NCBI GenBank assembly: GCA_051362555.1
Contig: CM120644.1
Location: 318,954 to 382,953, forward strand
Direction of reading: 5' to 3'
DNA: 64,000 bases
Source of the DNA: Lingula anatina
Taxonomy: Eukaryota; Animalia; Brachiopoda
Shown here: positions 23,901 to 36,000 of the stretch, in pieces
Layout of the letters: each line of letters starts with the position of its first letter
Numbering within the stretch: the stretch's first letter is position 1
Made by a program: the position numbers and the translations under genes
The notes under the pieces: generated by a model
The model's database searches: none
What the model was told of the DNA's origin: nothing
What the model saw: the letters and a program-made list of their open reading frames with translations, nothing else

Positions 23901-25105
23901 ACGTGATTCGTAACTGATTACAACACATTATGTCTGTTGTCCTTTAGGTGCATTACGTGATTCGTAACTGATTACAACACATTATGTCTGTTGTCCTTTA
24001 GGTGCATTACGTGATTCGTAACTGATTACAACACATTATGTCTGTTGTCATTTAGGTGTACTACGTGGTTCGTAACCGATTACAACACATTATGTCTGTT
24101 GTCCTTCAGGTGCATTACGTGATTCGTAACTGATTACAACACATTATGTCTGTTGTCCTTCAGGTGCATTACGTGATTCGTAACTGATTACAACACATTA
24201 TGTCTGTTGTCCTTCAGGTGTATTACGTGATTCGTAACTTATTATAGCACATTTTATCTGCTGTCCTTTAGGTGTACTACGTAATTCGTAACAAGCAGAC
24301 TGGTCTTGTCATGGACATCAAGGGATGCTGTGGCGACGATGGCGCCACCATCTGTATGTGGGAGTATTCTGGCGGCGACCACCAGCTCTGGTCGTACGAG
24401 GACGGTGTGCTCAGGAGCAAACTCAACGGTAGGGGGCGCTCAGAAAACTAGATAATTCTTATGTAAAAATAGTTTCATTGGATCTCAGTTTTGATAGTCA
24501 AGACAGTTTTCATTTATGATAGATCCAAATATCTTTCTTGACTACATAATTCTTATGTCGATTGCTTTTTTCCAGTAAAAATTGAAATGGTTCCAAGGCT
24601 CTTACGAGAAATTGTCAAATTACTTAAAACACGCGACTTGGTTGGCAAATATTTTGTTAAGTAAAGACTAAATTTATTTTAGAGAAAAAAATGTCCAAGG
24701 GCAATTTGCCTACATTTTCCGTTTAAACTAAACTGGAATCTTTTCCATAATTTGTTGATGTTAACTCTTCAAAAAATTACTTCCCATTTTAAATAGTTAA
24801 AACAATATCGCAGAGATTTCACAAAAAGTACCAATTTTTTCTATTTCTCTACTTAAGGCAAGGTTCTGGACCTGAAGGACTGCAACGCCAGCCCCGGTAA
24901 TGACGTATGTATGTGGAGCCACAATGGCGGCCCAAACCAACGCTGGGTGCTCTGTGAGGACAACACCATCTGTAGTGAGATGGGGGGAGACCTTGCTCTC
25001 GACGTCATGAACCACTCCACAGACGCTGGCGCTGATGTTAAGATCTGGAACAGACACGGACAGGGCAACCAGCAGTTTGTCTTGGAGGTCGCCCCGGGCA
25101 AGTAG
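20912..25105 (+). CDS. Single-domain ricin-B / R-type beta-trefoil lectin (join 20912-20914, 24272-24428, 24858-25105; 135 aa, no signal peptide)
   Basis: Three subdomain repeats, each with a hydrophobic-Asp motif and QxW (VMDI...HQLW, VLDL...NQRW, ALDV...NQQF); AAAATG|GTGAGT ATG-only first coding exon; TATA-like TTATATA at ~20814; AATAAA 25289-25294. Confidence 0.85.
22646..22979. mobile_element. Kolobok-like non-autonomous DNA transposon
   Basis: TTAA|AGGGATAATAACTCTTCGT...ACGAATAGTGATTATCCCT|TTAA: TTAA TSD and 19-bp TIR (17/19) starting AG, not the CCC typical of piggyBac. Confidence 0.75.
23022..23278. mobile_element. Palindromic PIF/Harbinger-like MITE (family A)
   Basis: TAT TSD on both sides; homologous to 11963-12196. 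Confidence 0.8.
23430..24292 (+). repeat. 54-bp minisatellite, ~16 copies, each containing the lectin exon-2 splice acceptor
   Basis: Unit GTGCATTACGTGATTCGTAACTGATTACAACACATTATGTCTGTTGTCCTTCAG; one unit is 51 bp. Confidence 0.97.
24272..24428 (+). CDS. R-type lectin exon 2 (VYYVIRNKQTGLVMDIKGCCGDDGATICMWEYSGGDHQLWSYEDGVLRSKLN)
   Basis: CCTTTAG acceptor and G|GTAGGG donor; ricin-B alpha repeat. Confidence 0.9.
24858..25105 (+). CDS. R-type lectin exon 3
   Basis: TTTCTCTACTTAAG acceptor, phase 1, in frame with exon 2; GKVLDLKDC...NQRW...NQQF...*. Confidence 0.9.
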
Positions 25106-27608
25106 AGCTACAGGCGACTGGAAAGTCGTTAGGTAGCTCGAGAAGTACGGCCAGATGATCAAAAGGACGATCAATAACTTTACGTAGGCAGCTTGCGTTG
25201 CGTTCGCAGAAGGAACTGTAGTTAAAGAAAGTTATTTACGGCAATATCAGCTAATTGTTACTACTAGGAGTACTCGGCTGAATGCTTTAATAAAGATATT
25301 GTGGTTGTACTCATTTCTTTACTTTTTACTCAACTTTAAGTCCAACTAAGTCAGGAGAAGCCAAGCCGGCAGACATCAGCGTGTCTGTGATCAATCCCAA
25401 CCCGCCAACTTTGGTATTTATAGTCCGGAACAAACAAAATGAAATTAACTCAGCGATAGAGATAGCGTTCCATTCTCACTCTAACGTCCGCCGTGTAAAT
25501 CACGAGTGAAGTCCTGATATCAAGGGAAGGTGGGTGTCAGGATAAACAGTTCATTGTGTCTCCCCTCCTATCAGCCTGATACTCCATTACAGTATTGATA
25601 CAGCGATTACGGTGCCCTTGTGTTAGCTGTAAATCAAGGACGCTGTGATTAAGGTCTGAGTCACCTGGTTTGGAATGATATAAGGATGATGTGAACGCGG
25701 GAAATGACACCCACCTTCTGCCCTCTACCAGAGCCATAGATTGACTATTCACAGGATATTCACAGATATGTCTTTAGATAAACAGACAGTTATTTTACTA
25801 TGCCCGTTTCACTTTTTTCCTATAATACCTATGATACCACCTGCCTGGTTAGTAACGTACTACCGGAGACCCTCATGATTAGCCCCACCCTTTACTAGGT
25901 GGCGGGTAGAAATTGCCAGTAAAGTTCACTGACACGAAGCATTAATTCCATATAGATGTCTGGGACGGGCTGGGGGAGATGGGATGGGGGTGGGATGGGG
26001 GAGAGCACAGACTTGTTTCTTCCCATTTGTTTCACGAGTCTTCGGTCTATTTGAAAAAAGACATCTTCCACCAAAAGGCAGGTCTGGTTCACACTATTTT
26101 CCCAAAATGACACAAGGGCCACGAAACCTCTGTTCACGTGGTGCCTTATAGGGGGGGGTCTTGTTTTCGTGATGCAGAACCCTTCAATCTGCCCCCCCCC
26201 AGGCTTGTCGATTTGACAACGATATCTGCTCAGGTTTGGGCGTTTACACCGTTGATAACACTAGAGAATCACTAGATTAAATTCCATTTACAACCCAGCA
26301 AACTACTACGATGTCAATACGTATAAATCATCAGATAAAAGGTTTGACCAGTGTCATGGTTTTACTGCCCAGAGGCACGTAGGCAACTAAGACAAAAAGC
26401 CAACGATGATAGGAATAGAATTATACTGTTTAATGGAATATCTTCATTCCTGTCAGCGTACAACATTATTCATATTCCACCGATTACACGTTAGAGATGG
26501 TATCAATTTTATAAATACTGAAAAAGGCTCAAATTACAATTGTAAATCATATCAATATTTTACACGATTTATATGAAAAACAAAACTGTACAAGAGTATT
26601 TACTTGTGGCGGTATTGCTACTGGTATTCACAGACTAGATTTTCTATTCTATACTTAAGAGTTCTATGTTCATCTTATCGTCACGTGATATGCCCCGCTG
26701 TGACGTCACTGCGGCAGACGACATGTCTGTGTAAAGGCGGGATGGCGATAAAATATCTATGCAAATCTAAAACTAAGTTTACAAAAGTAATGAATCACAG
26801 CTCAAAAACCACTGTTGAACACGGAACAAAATTATCAAGACATTTTATCCACTACCGGCCATAGAATTCTACAGTGCCGACTTGATGCCTCAAATCAAAT
26901 TCTTGATCGTTTGCTACTTTACAAACTTTACATCACAAAATATGTTTCATTAAATAACATCATCAAACCTAATAGCCTTCCTTGTCCTGATATTCTTTAA
27001 CAGAACAGCTACTTGGCAAGTTGCTTTGAATTAACTAATTGTAAATTAAAACTGTGCTAGGACTAGAATTGCTAAAACAATATTAATTCATTTTCTTCAC
27101 AATAACAGCCAGCCTGGTCTACTCCTGGCATTGACTCGTATAAATATCTAGATTAGTATTTTAAAAATATGAAATCAACTGCTTTGGCAAGAAGAGCTGT
27201 AAACTGACTACATATAAATAAATGAAAAACTTCAATATAAAATGACCACTGTCATCCTGCTATTGCAAGGCATACTAGAGCAACTGACTTTGTACACAAA
27301 TTCACTGTATCACGGTAGGCCTACTGTAAGGTGTGGTTGTATCTGGTTGTGTTAGGTGTGATTGCGCTGGGTATAATTTGGCTGTGTTGACATCCCAACA
27401 AATGTACCGACAGTTGGCCGAGTTCATAGAATGTGTTTGCTGGGAGTCTTTCACTTTCTATTAAATTATACAAAACTGTAATAAATGCACTGTTCACTAC
27501 CGCGTCCATTGAGCCTGCTAATTCTACATCTACGCACTACATATACATATCAAGTTCATTATGCACATTTGTATTAAAACTTACACTGTATTTTCATTTA
27601 AAAACATG

Positions 27609-30055
27609 TTATATCTTAGACTCCACGGGCGCTGTGGCCACTGTATTATGATGCTGTCTGTAGCGTTTTTGTTCTCGTCTAGCGATGTCCGTTTGAAGAG
27701 GTCGTTCCCCTCCCCTCTCCCCCGTACTAAGGTTGATATCAACAAGCGCCTTGGCTAGCCCAGCAGTCAAGTCAGTAGCACTAGTGCGAAGTCGCTCACG
27801 TGCCAGCCATGTCTGTAAATTCCTGTCGTCCTCTTCGCCCGTGTCTCGGTCACGTGGTTGGAGACGTTCCCATGCTGACTGTTTCGAGGGTTCTGATTGG
27901 CCCAGTGACGTCACAATGGCCCTGAAGTGATCGACATCCTTGACTCCTCCCACTGTGTGCCGCCGACGTAACTTTTTATCCACACCTGTCCGCCGTTTCA
28001 CTTTCGGGCCTTCCTCCGAGACCTCGCTTTTTGGCGACTGTTCCGTCCTCTCCGGCGAGCTCACCTTTTCCGCGGAGTGAGCGTCTATCTCCAGGTGATC
28101 CAGAGAGCCCGCCTTGCGCAGCCTGCCCTGGACAGTGTCGCGGCCACCCTGGGCCGCCTGTTGGCTGAGATTGGACCCCGTCTTCTCAAACTTTGTCATT
28201 GGCATCACCTGGTGACTGGGCGGTATTGTTTGAGTGTTGTTACCCTCAGGCGCGCCTCCAGAACTAACTGCAGTGTTCTCTGTCCTGTCACTTGTAGGCG
28301 GTGGATTTCTCTCAAAACGCGACGCTATGCCTATTTTAGTTTCAGTCTTTTCTGGTCTTTTATTATCTAATCTACCAGAACTTTTGTCTCTTATATTTTC
28401 TTGCACATTAACTCTATTACTATCATGTATACTGGATGGTAGCCTGGTGTATTCACTGCTCCCAGGCACCAAGAGAGCCTTCAGTCTGTCTTCAAGGGGG
28501 GCCGAGCTATCTCCCTCCTCTGACGCGCTGGAGACAGAATGCCTGACATCATGGCGGTCGTAGTAGTCCCGTAAGGAGTCTAAAGAGCCACGTCTGTGCT
28601 GGGCTCTTGAGTGGTCCACTGTGTTCAGATCGTGAGGGTACGGTTCCAGTTCCCGACTCCTCCTTTTCCGAGTGTACCCGTCGTGAGGCGGCGGTTTGTG
28701 CCGAGGTTCATTCTCCACCGACGCTCGACGTAATGTTATTGTGCGTGAGGACGCGTGCTGTGGCTGAGCCGGGTGCTGAGACAGATGGATACGCGCGATG
28801 CCGGAGCCCAGGTCGGTGGTATGAGAGCGCCGTAAGTGTCCCGGGTGGGCAGAACGGCTCACTGTCACGGCGTACACTTTCGAACCTCCAAAGGCAGGAC
28901 GACCGTCAGACTGGACAGTTGGCATGTTAGATCGTAAAGGTCTGGAATGCTCTGGATCTACAAGACTTAATTTGGCGTCAGCGTGTAAACTTGTCGGCGA
29001 GGTGTTACTAGAGTAGTCGGATGTTTGGTGTGGAGGCGGGGCGCGCTGATTTTCAAAGGCTGTATACGTAGCAGATGATGTTGTAGAATAATCTGACGTG
29101 ATAGAGGTGGTGTCCGCCTTATTGCTGAGATCTGCCAGTTTATTGCTGTAGTCTGAGATCTTGTTAGTGATATCTCCCGGCTGAGCGTGTTTCAGCAAGT
29201 CCTCCAAACTACTGTCCTTGCTCTCCTCGTCCAACTCTCGCTGTGTCTTCTGTAACTCCACCTCTATCCGCTGTCTCTCCAGCTCCCGTTTTTCCTTCTC
29301 TCTCTGTCTCTCCTCCTCTTTCTGTCTCATGGCTCTCGCCTCAAACTCCAGCCGCCGTTTTCTCTCCTCGTGGCTAACACTGGGCTTCTTATACCCGTGA
29401 GTTATCTCGACCTCGTCGTGATCCAGGCGGGAGTCTAATAGCGACTCCTCAGACCGAGGCCGCGTGATGGAGGGTCTATTGTGAGTATAAATGGTGTTAA
29501 AAGTTCGCTGGAATGCCTGTTTCTCCGTCACTTGTTGTCTTTGTAGGTCAAGGTCATCAGAGTACGATGACACAGGAGCTATTTTCTGCGCCTGTCGTGA
29601 GGAGCCAGAGTCTATTCTCTGTTGTTCCTGTGAGGAGACACTGGTCACAGTGGTGGTGGTAGTGGGCGGGGGCTGGTGGCTGTCCAGAGAAGACTGTCCC
29701 CTGCTGCCCACTGAGGACAGACTGACCTCTGTAGAGCACCTGCCCAGCAAGTTCACCTCAGATGTTTTCTGGTCCAGTCCTCGATCCTCAGACTTACTCC
29801 TAGAATCCACATAATCCGTTTTTGTTGAGAACACACTGTCTTTCTGACCTCCTGACTCAACCCTCTCTGTGGGCTGCCCCTGCATTTTCAGTTGCCTGGC
29901 AACAACTGCTTCATCAATGTTTCTTTCATTGAAGCCACATTCACTGCCGATGTCTGAGCTGTCACTGCTGGATTTCTTGTCCTTTCTTTTCACCCGTTTA
30001 TTGGCTGCTTGGATGATGTTAGACACCAGATCCTTGGCGCTGATCTCACGTCCAT
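27609..30055 (-). CDS. ARHGAP21: RhoGAP terminal exon (815 codons including stop; ends ESKI*)
   Basis: TTACAG acceptor, phase 1; [21 protein letters not shown]; coiled-coil; RRRHTVGG. Confidence 0.9.
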
Positions 30056-33000
30056 CTGTAATGAAAACATACAGATTTAGTAGTGTTACTCTCATCTCAG
30101 TGTCATAATAAAAGGAATCCATCTACTCAGTAACCAACGGATAGTGCAGATGGCAAAGTATTACAATGTATAAACTTATTATCAGAATACAGAAAAGGGA
30201 AACATTCACTTTTTTTGGCAGATTCAAAACTTGACTTAATACAGATGATGAAATCATTTAATCAACTTTCAAGAGGAGAGGCATGACAAGAAATAAACTT
30301 TCTAAACTCATAAATTTATAAGACATGTTCAACAATCTCAAAACCATCACTTCAATTCAACCATCAACAACAATCAATGAACTAATGCCCAATGCTTCTC
30401 CAAGTTGCTGCCAGTGACATGGAAGTCTCAGTGGATCTGTTTATCAACTCCCCACCTCCTTACTGTCCACATCAAACCACACCACACATATCTCCAAGTC
30501 AAATACTGTATTCTGTGTATTCAAACCAAAACAATGTGGAGTGACTAATATATGTAGCACGTTTCCCCCATGATGATGCAAAATTCCATCACAAACCTTT
30601 TTCAGTTGATTTGTTTGTATTTACTTCGTTTCCAAACATCAACCGTACAAACCAGGTCATCCTTGTTTGCCAACCAAGAAGATGAATTTAGGTTGAAACA
30701 TCTTTATTTCACATACAGCTCAATTTATTTGATCTGTTGAGACCCCTGCAAAAATGTGTCTCATTTAACATTCACTTACGGTTCTCAGTCTATTCTAAAA
30801 CATTTGGGGTATTATGATTATTATTATTATTATTATTTTTTTTTTTTGCAGTTCTAATGTTGTCCTGTAATGAATGTAACAGTTTAAGAACTGTTTTTGG
30901 GAAGTCCTTCAGAATGTCCTAAAACAGATTAAGAACATTTTTCATTAAAAGAGGAAAACATTATGTTCTAGGACAGATTGACAACCGTAAGTGAACCTTA
31001 AATAAGACAAATTTTTGCAGGGGGAGCGAAATGTCCAAACTTTACATAGCACTTTCTGGGTGGGCAGGCAGGTTGGACCAGGGTTTAACACTCAGCAATA
31101 ATGGAACTGCTAAACTTCAGTGCACTTCAAAAATTAATGGTGTCCCTGTCATCATCTGTGTGTCTTAACCAATGCAGGCCAGTGATCAGTGCTGGATGAC
31201 CAATGGTCGTTACCCAATGACCAGCACTGCTGTTTTATGATACTGGTCAAAGGCACAGTTTAAAAAGCAATGTTGTATTATATACCCCCCCTCCCAATAT
31301 CTTGATACTGTCATATACAAGGGTACAAAATAATGTAAATATTTGAATAGTTTTTATGTCTGATAAAATTAATAAATAGTGTTATAAATATTTGCTAGGG
31401 AAGCTGGGTTAAGACTACAATATAATCACAGAATGAACTGAAATAGAAATAATAAAATTAATGTAACAAACTACAACTGAACAGCAGCACACACCCCAAA
31501 CCAACAGCAAGCCTGTCTAACATAGGACAGCAAGCCTGTCTAACATAGGACTGGTGGAAAGTTACTCAACATCATGCTGATCTTGGTGGGTCAACACTGG
31601 GCAAGATGCCAGCTTCATTTTTATAACAAGATATGTATAATCATTGGAAGCCAAAGTGGTGATTTCAAAACATTTTGTAAACACTGACATCATTATAAAT
31701 TGAATAACTTTCTTTTTCTGACAGGAGAGAGCCCTGCTTCTTTGGGAGAAAAAACATCAAACTTGATAAATCTCTCTCTCTCTTACACACACAGACACAA
31801 ACGCGCGCACGCACACACACACACTTGTCCTACCATTTTCTCCATGTTAACTATGCCTCCCTCTCCCCATCTCTCTATATACACACACCACTTGCTACCA
31901 GTATCTCTCCACACATATCATTACTACCTGTCTCTGGGTATCCTGGTGTCATGCTATGATAATACAAACAACAGCTCTCAGTACATTAACTGGTATACAC
32001 TTGACATGCTTCAAAGCCCAGTAAAGCATTTAAAACTCTTCTCATTCTTAATCTTATGATAACAGCTGAACTAAGTTTGGTTTTAGTTGATAGCTTGGGT
32101 TGTGAGGTGGTCACATGAATAAGATCCCCTCCAGGGGTGGACAGAAGCTGTCTTCTGGGTCTTTAAAAAGATCGTCAGAAATGTTCAAATTTACATTGAC
32201 AGACATCTAATTTTTCTGTTGGAAGACAGTTGAAAATGGAGGATGGATCAACAAAGATAATTTGGAAGACTGTTAGAAAATATCTCTAGATCTGCCCCTC
32301 CTCTCTTCCCCCCTGTTGTCCAAAAAGACTTTCCCATTTTTGACTTACCATAAAATCTATGAACTTTCTAAACTAACATATTCACACAAAATGAGATATT
32401 TTCCTTGACAGACAAACAAAACCTACATCTGACTGGTTGGGAATAGGAGAAAACAACAGGAGCCAATCCAGGGCTCTAAACTGGAGAGCCAAAACTTTCA
32501 TACTTTCTATTCTTATTGGCCAGTAATGAGGACAAAAAAATCCACTCAGGTAAGAAACTCAGATTTCCTTTCTTGATTCATGTAAAAAAGCATGCACCCC
32601 CCCCCCCCCCCCACCCCACAACAGTAACAGAGCACAATGCAGCCCCCCTCATACTGTTCACAAGGCAGTAGATGACCCTGATGCAGGTTATATAACAGCA
32701 GTTCTCTCTGTGCCCCAAGAATGTCACCAATGCCATGATGCAGTATATAAACCAAGGCACAACTCTCTCTGTGACTGCTCCAAGATAGAAAAGAACCCAG
32801 TGCCATAATGCAGTGTATGTAACAGGTACTGGATTCCTGTCTCTGTGAATGCCCTGGTAGTATAACATACCCAGTGTCAGCAGCCAAACATCCAGGCTCT
32901 CTTTATGATAACATCATCATGCCATAAGACATTTACAGAAGATTAGAAAACATTTTTATTTCTAGTACCAGACTCTTTAGCTGCATTCTCACCAGGACTA

Positions 33001-36000
33001 AATTAGACCATGAAAGAGTTACAGAAAACATCAGAAAACCAAACTGTGCCATTTGGAATCCATGATATAACAGAACCAATAGCAAAGCTTTCTCAGGAAC
33101 CTTCTGGTCCAATATTGTCCTGATATACAAATACAGATTTGGCTTAATTTTTTCAGTTTCTCTGCTGACACTGGTTAGGACAGCATGCCAGGCACCAAGG
33201 ACAGAGAGAGATATATCACAGTGCAGTATGGTACCATGCCAGGCACCAAGGACAGAGAGATATATCTCAGTGCAGTATGGTACCATGCCAGGCACCAAGG
33301 ACAGAGAGAGATATATCTCAGTGCAGTATGGTACCATGCCAGGCACCAAGGACAGAGAGAGATATATCTCAGTGGAGTATGGTACCATGCCAGGCACCAA
33401 GGACAGAGAGATATATCTCAGTGCAGTATGGTACCATGCCAGGACAAATATCAAACTGGGAAATTCTCCACACCTAGCATGCTCTGAGCAAGCCAGTACT
33501 GTACCTAGTAGTCGGAGATTGAAGGATGGAAGGTGGCGCGACGGAGGTTTGCTCTCCGGCTGTGGAAGAACTGAAAGAGATAAGGGGGAAAGGCGGCACT
33601 TGACCACTGCTTGGAGGGTGTGGGTGGGTCATCGTCCTCATCTAGGTCACTACTGTCCAAACTGACCAATGTCCAGCCTACTGAGTGGAGAATAACATGG
33701 AGACAACACTGACCACTACGGCATGGGAATTTATAAAACAAACACCACTACCCAACTCTAGTGATAGGTTTATAATCATCATGGTATACTTAGACCCCTT
33801 CCCTCAGCTTTTAATTCTACCTCAAGTCCCTTAGATAGGAGAAATAATTAACCCTTCCTCTATCCCGTGTTTTCAATTTCATCCAAAATATTAAAAATGC
33901 ATCTCAATTTGTTCAATTCTTTATCTTGGCTGCAATATGACAAAGTAGAATAAAAATTTTACTAAAAATTATTCACAGCTTTGCTTGTGAATTTGTAAAA
34001 TTTTGATTTCTTTCCAATCTAGAGAAACTGAAAACAAATTTACTCTTTTCCCCTTTCTACATTTTAACGGTACACCTGGGGATGCCGGATATTCCATCAG
34101 GTTTCTGCGCTATTCTCAGACTAAGTTATCAGGAGTATGTTGGTCAGTACATGCTAAGCTGTTGTAAGATGTCACTTATGCACAATGAAGCTACGTCAAA
34201 GCTACTGCTCCACTTCTACAAATTAGATACAAATAATATATTTTTCTGCCACATCTAGTTCTATTAAAGCTATGTAGTCTAGCTAAATAACTAAATAACT
34301 AAATGAGATAATCCTCCGATTAGAACAACAGGGCAATAGATCAGAGTTGAGGCATATTTCCAGGCTTTATAAATGGATTAGGCATTTTCTAACATGTGCC
34401 TCAGATTTATGAGCACAAATGCCCGTATAAGTGACTCCAGCCACAAATTAATTACCCCAACATAGAATTACTTGCCACAAGCACAGCGTTTCATTTCACA
34501 AACAGTTTATCTGCTTGTCTACCCATCAGGTATGTTCTGTATGAGCCAGAAATTGTTGAAAACACACTGCTGCAGTAAGAAAAACAGCCCTAGTGGGCCT
34601 ACATGTATGTATACTGCCAGAAACCTGGATGGAAGCAGACCAAATAGTGTGTGCTTTGAAACACTAAGCTTGCGGCAAGTAATACTACCTCGGAGTAATT
34701 AATTTATGGATGGAGTTGTTAACTTGTGTGTCTGTGCTCTAAAATCTAAGGTGCATGTTAGCAATTATCATCTATGAGGCCTGATTTTGTATGTGTTGAA
34801 TTTTAAGGAAAGCATTTGAAAATTAAATTAAGGCAGTGACACCACAAATTTGTCCTCTGGCAGTAACAAAACTTTGACCAACACCAAGGCAGGATTGCCA
34901 ACTTTAAGGACTATATTGCTGGTGATTTTGCTTTTATCCAGAAAATAAAATGATTCTATTAGATCCGAGAAATTCAGTAACTTCAGTTTTTTCCAAGATC
35001 TAGCATTTTTTAGGAAAATAAAGGTATTACTGTAAATATTATTTGCTTTATTTCTGCAGTATGTTACCAAGCAAACCAGTCTGGCTGACATCAATATTTA
35101 CAAACCCACTGCTGTCAAGTGGCAGTGTCTGTTCTAATGCCCTGTTGTCCACATATTATGAAGGATTTAAGTAGCTTTAGTATTATTATGTTTTACCAGA
35201 ACTTTACCATCAAGGACACCTGCTCCTGGGATAATTCAGTAGGTTTGTGCATCAGCCATGTATTAACTTGGGTAAGCAATATGCCTGAGAATTTCTGTTT
35301 TATTACAGGCACACTTTTCATATTGTCAAACAAGCAGTTAAGTACTGATTTTATTTTTGCCACTCTTTTCATTTCTGAATTCAGTGAATCCAACTTTTTC
35401 AGTACAGCACTATCTCCCCAGAGAACCCTCACTCAGCTTCTGAAATCCCTATAGCAACTTGTGGTAACCCCAGAATGACCTCTGATGACCTTTCAAGGTC
35501 ATGACCCCTAGGCTCCACCCACCTGTCTCCTCAGACCTGGCTATCTTGGTCAGCAGCGTGTTCATACTAGTCACAGGGTTGGCGTCCACTGGTTCCTCGT
35601 CTAGCGGGACATGCGTGTCCTCTTCCCAGTCACTAAACATCCACTGGTTCTGGAACAAAAAATGTTCTTCTCTTTAAGAATACAACAACTGTGGCTACAC
35701 ATTTACACTATAATTTACTGTGATCCATTGGTTCTGGAACAGTGCAGAGCTCCTTTTTAAGAATACAATAGTTGTGGACAATAGTTGTGGCTACACATCT
35801 ACACCACGGCATGAACTCACACACAGCTTTTTTTTTTTTGCCTTTTTCACACTCTGTTGACTCCAAATATCAAAATTATTTAGAACCTCTGCATTGGCTA
35901 CTTGTCAAAAATTTATCTGCTAACATAGGTAAATAATTCAATCTTGCATCCTTATCTGCTGCAATATATTTACTATACTTACATGTTGTATGATAGTTTC

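Noticed and set aside
23430-24292. CRISPR-like appearance of the regular arrays (also 45113-46317 and 48106-48863)
   Set aside because: Head-to-tail repeats with no unique spacers, no cas genes, and a eukaryotic context.
32933-33487. 224-, 145- and 100-aa ORFs
   Set aside because: Mostly generated by the 53-55-bp tandem repeat.
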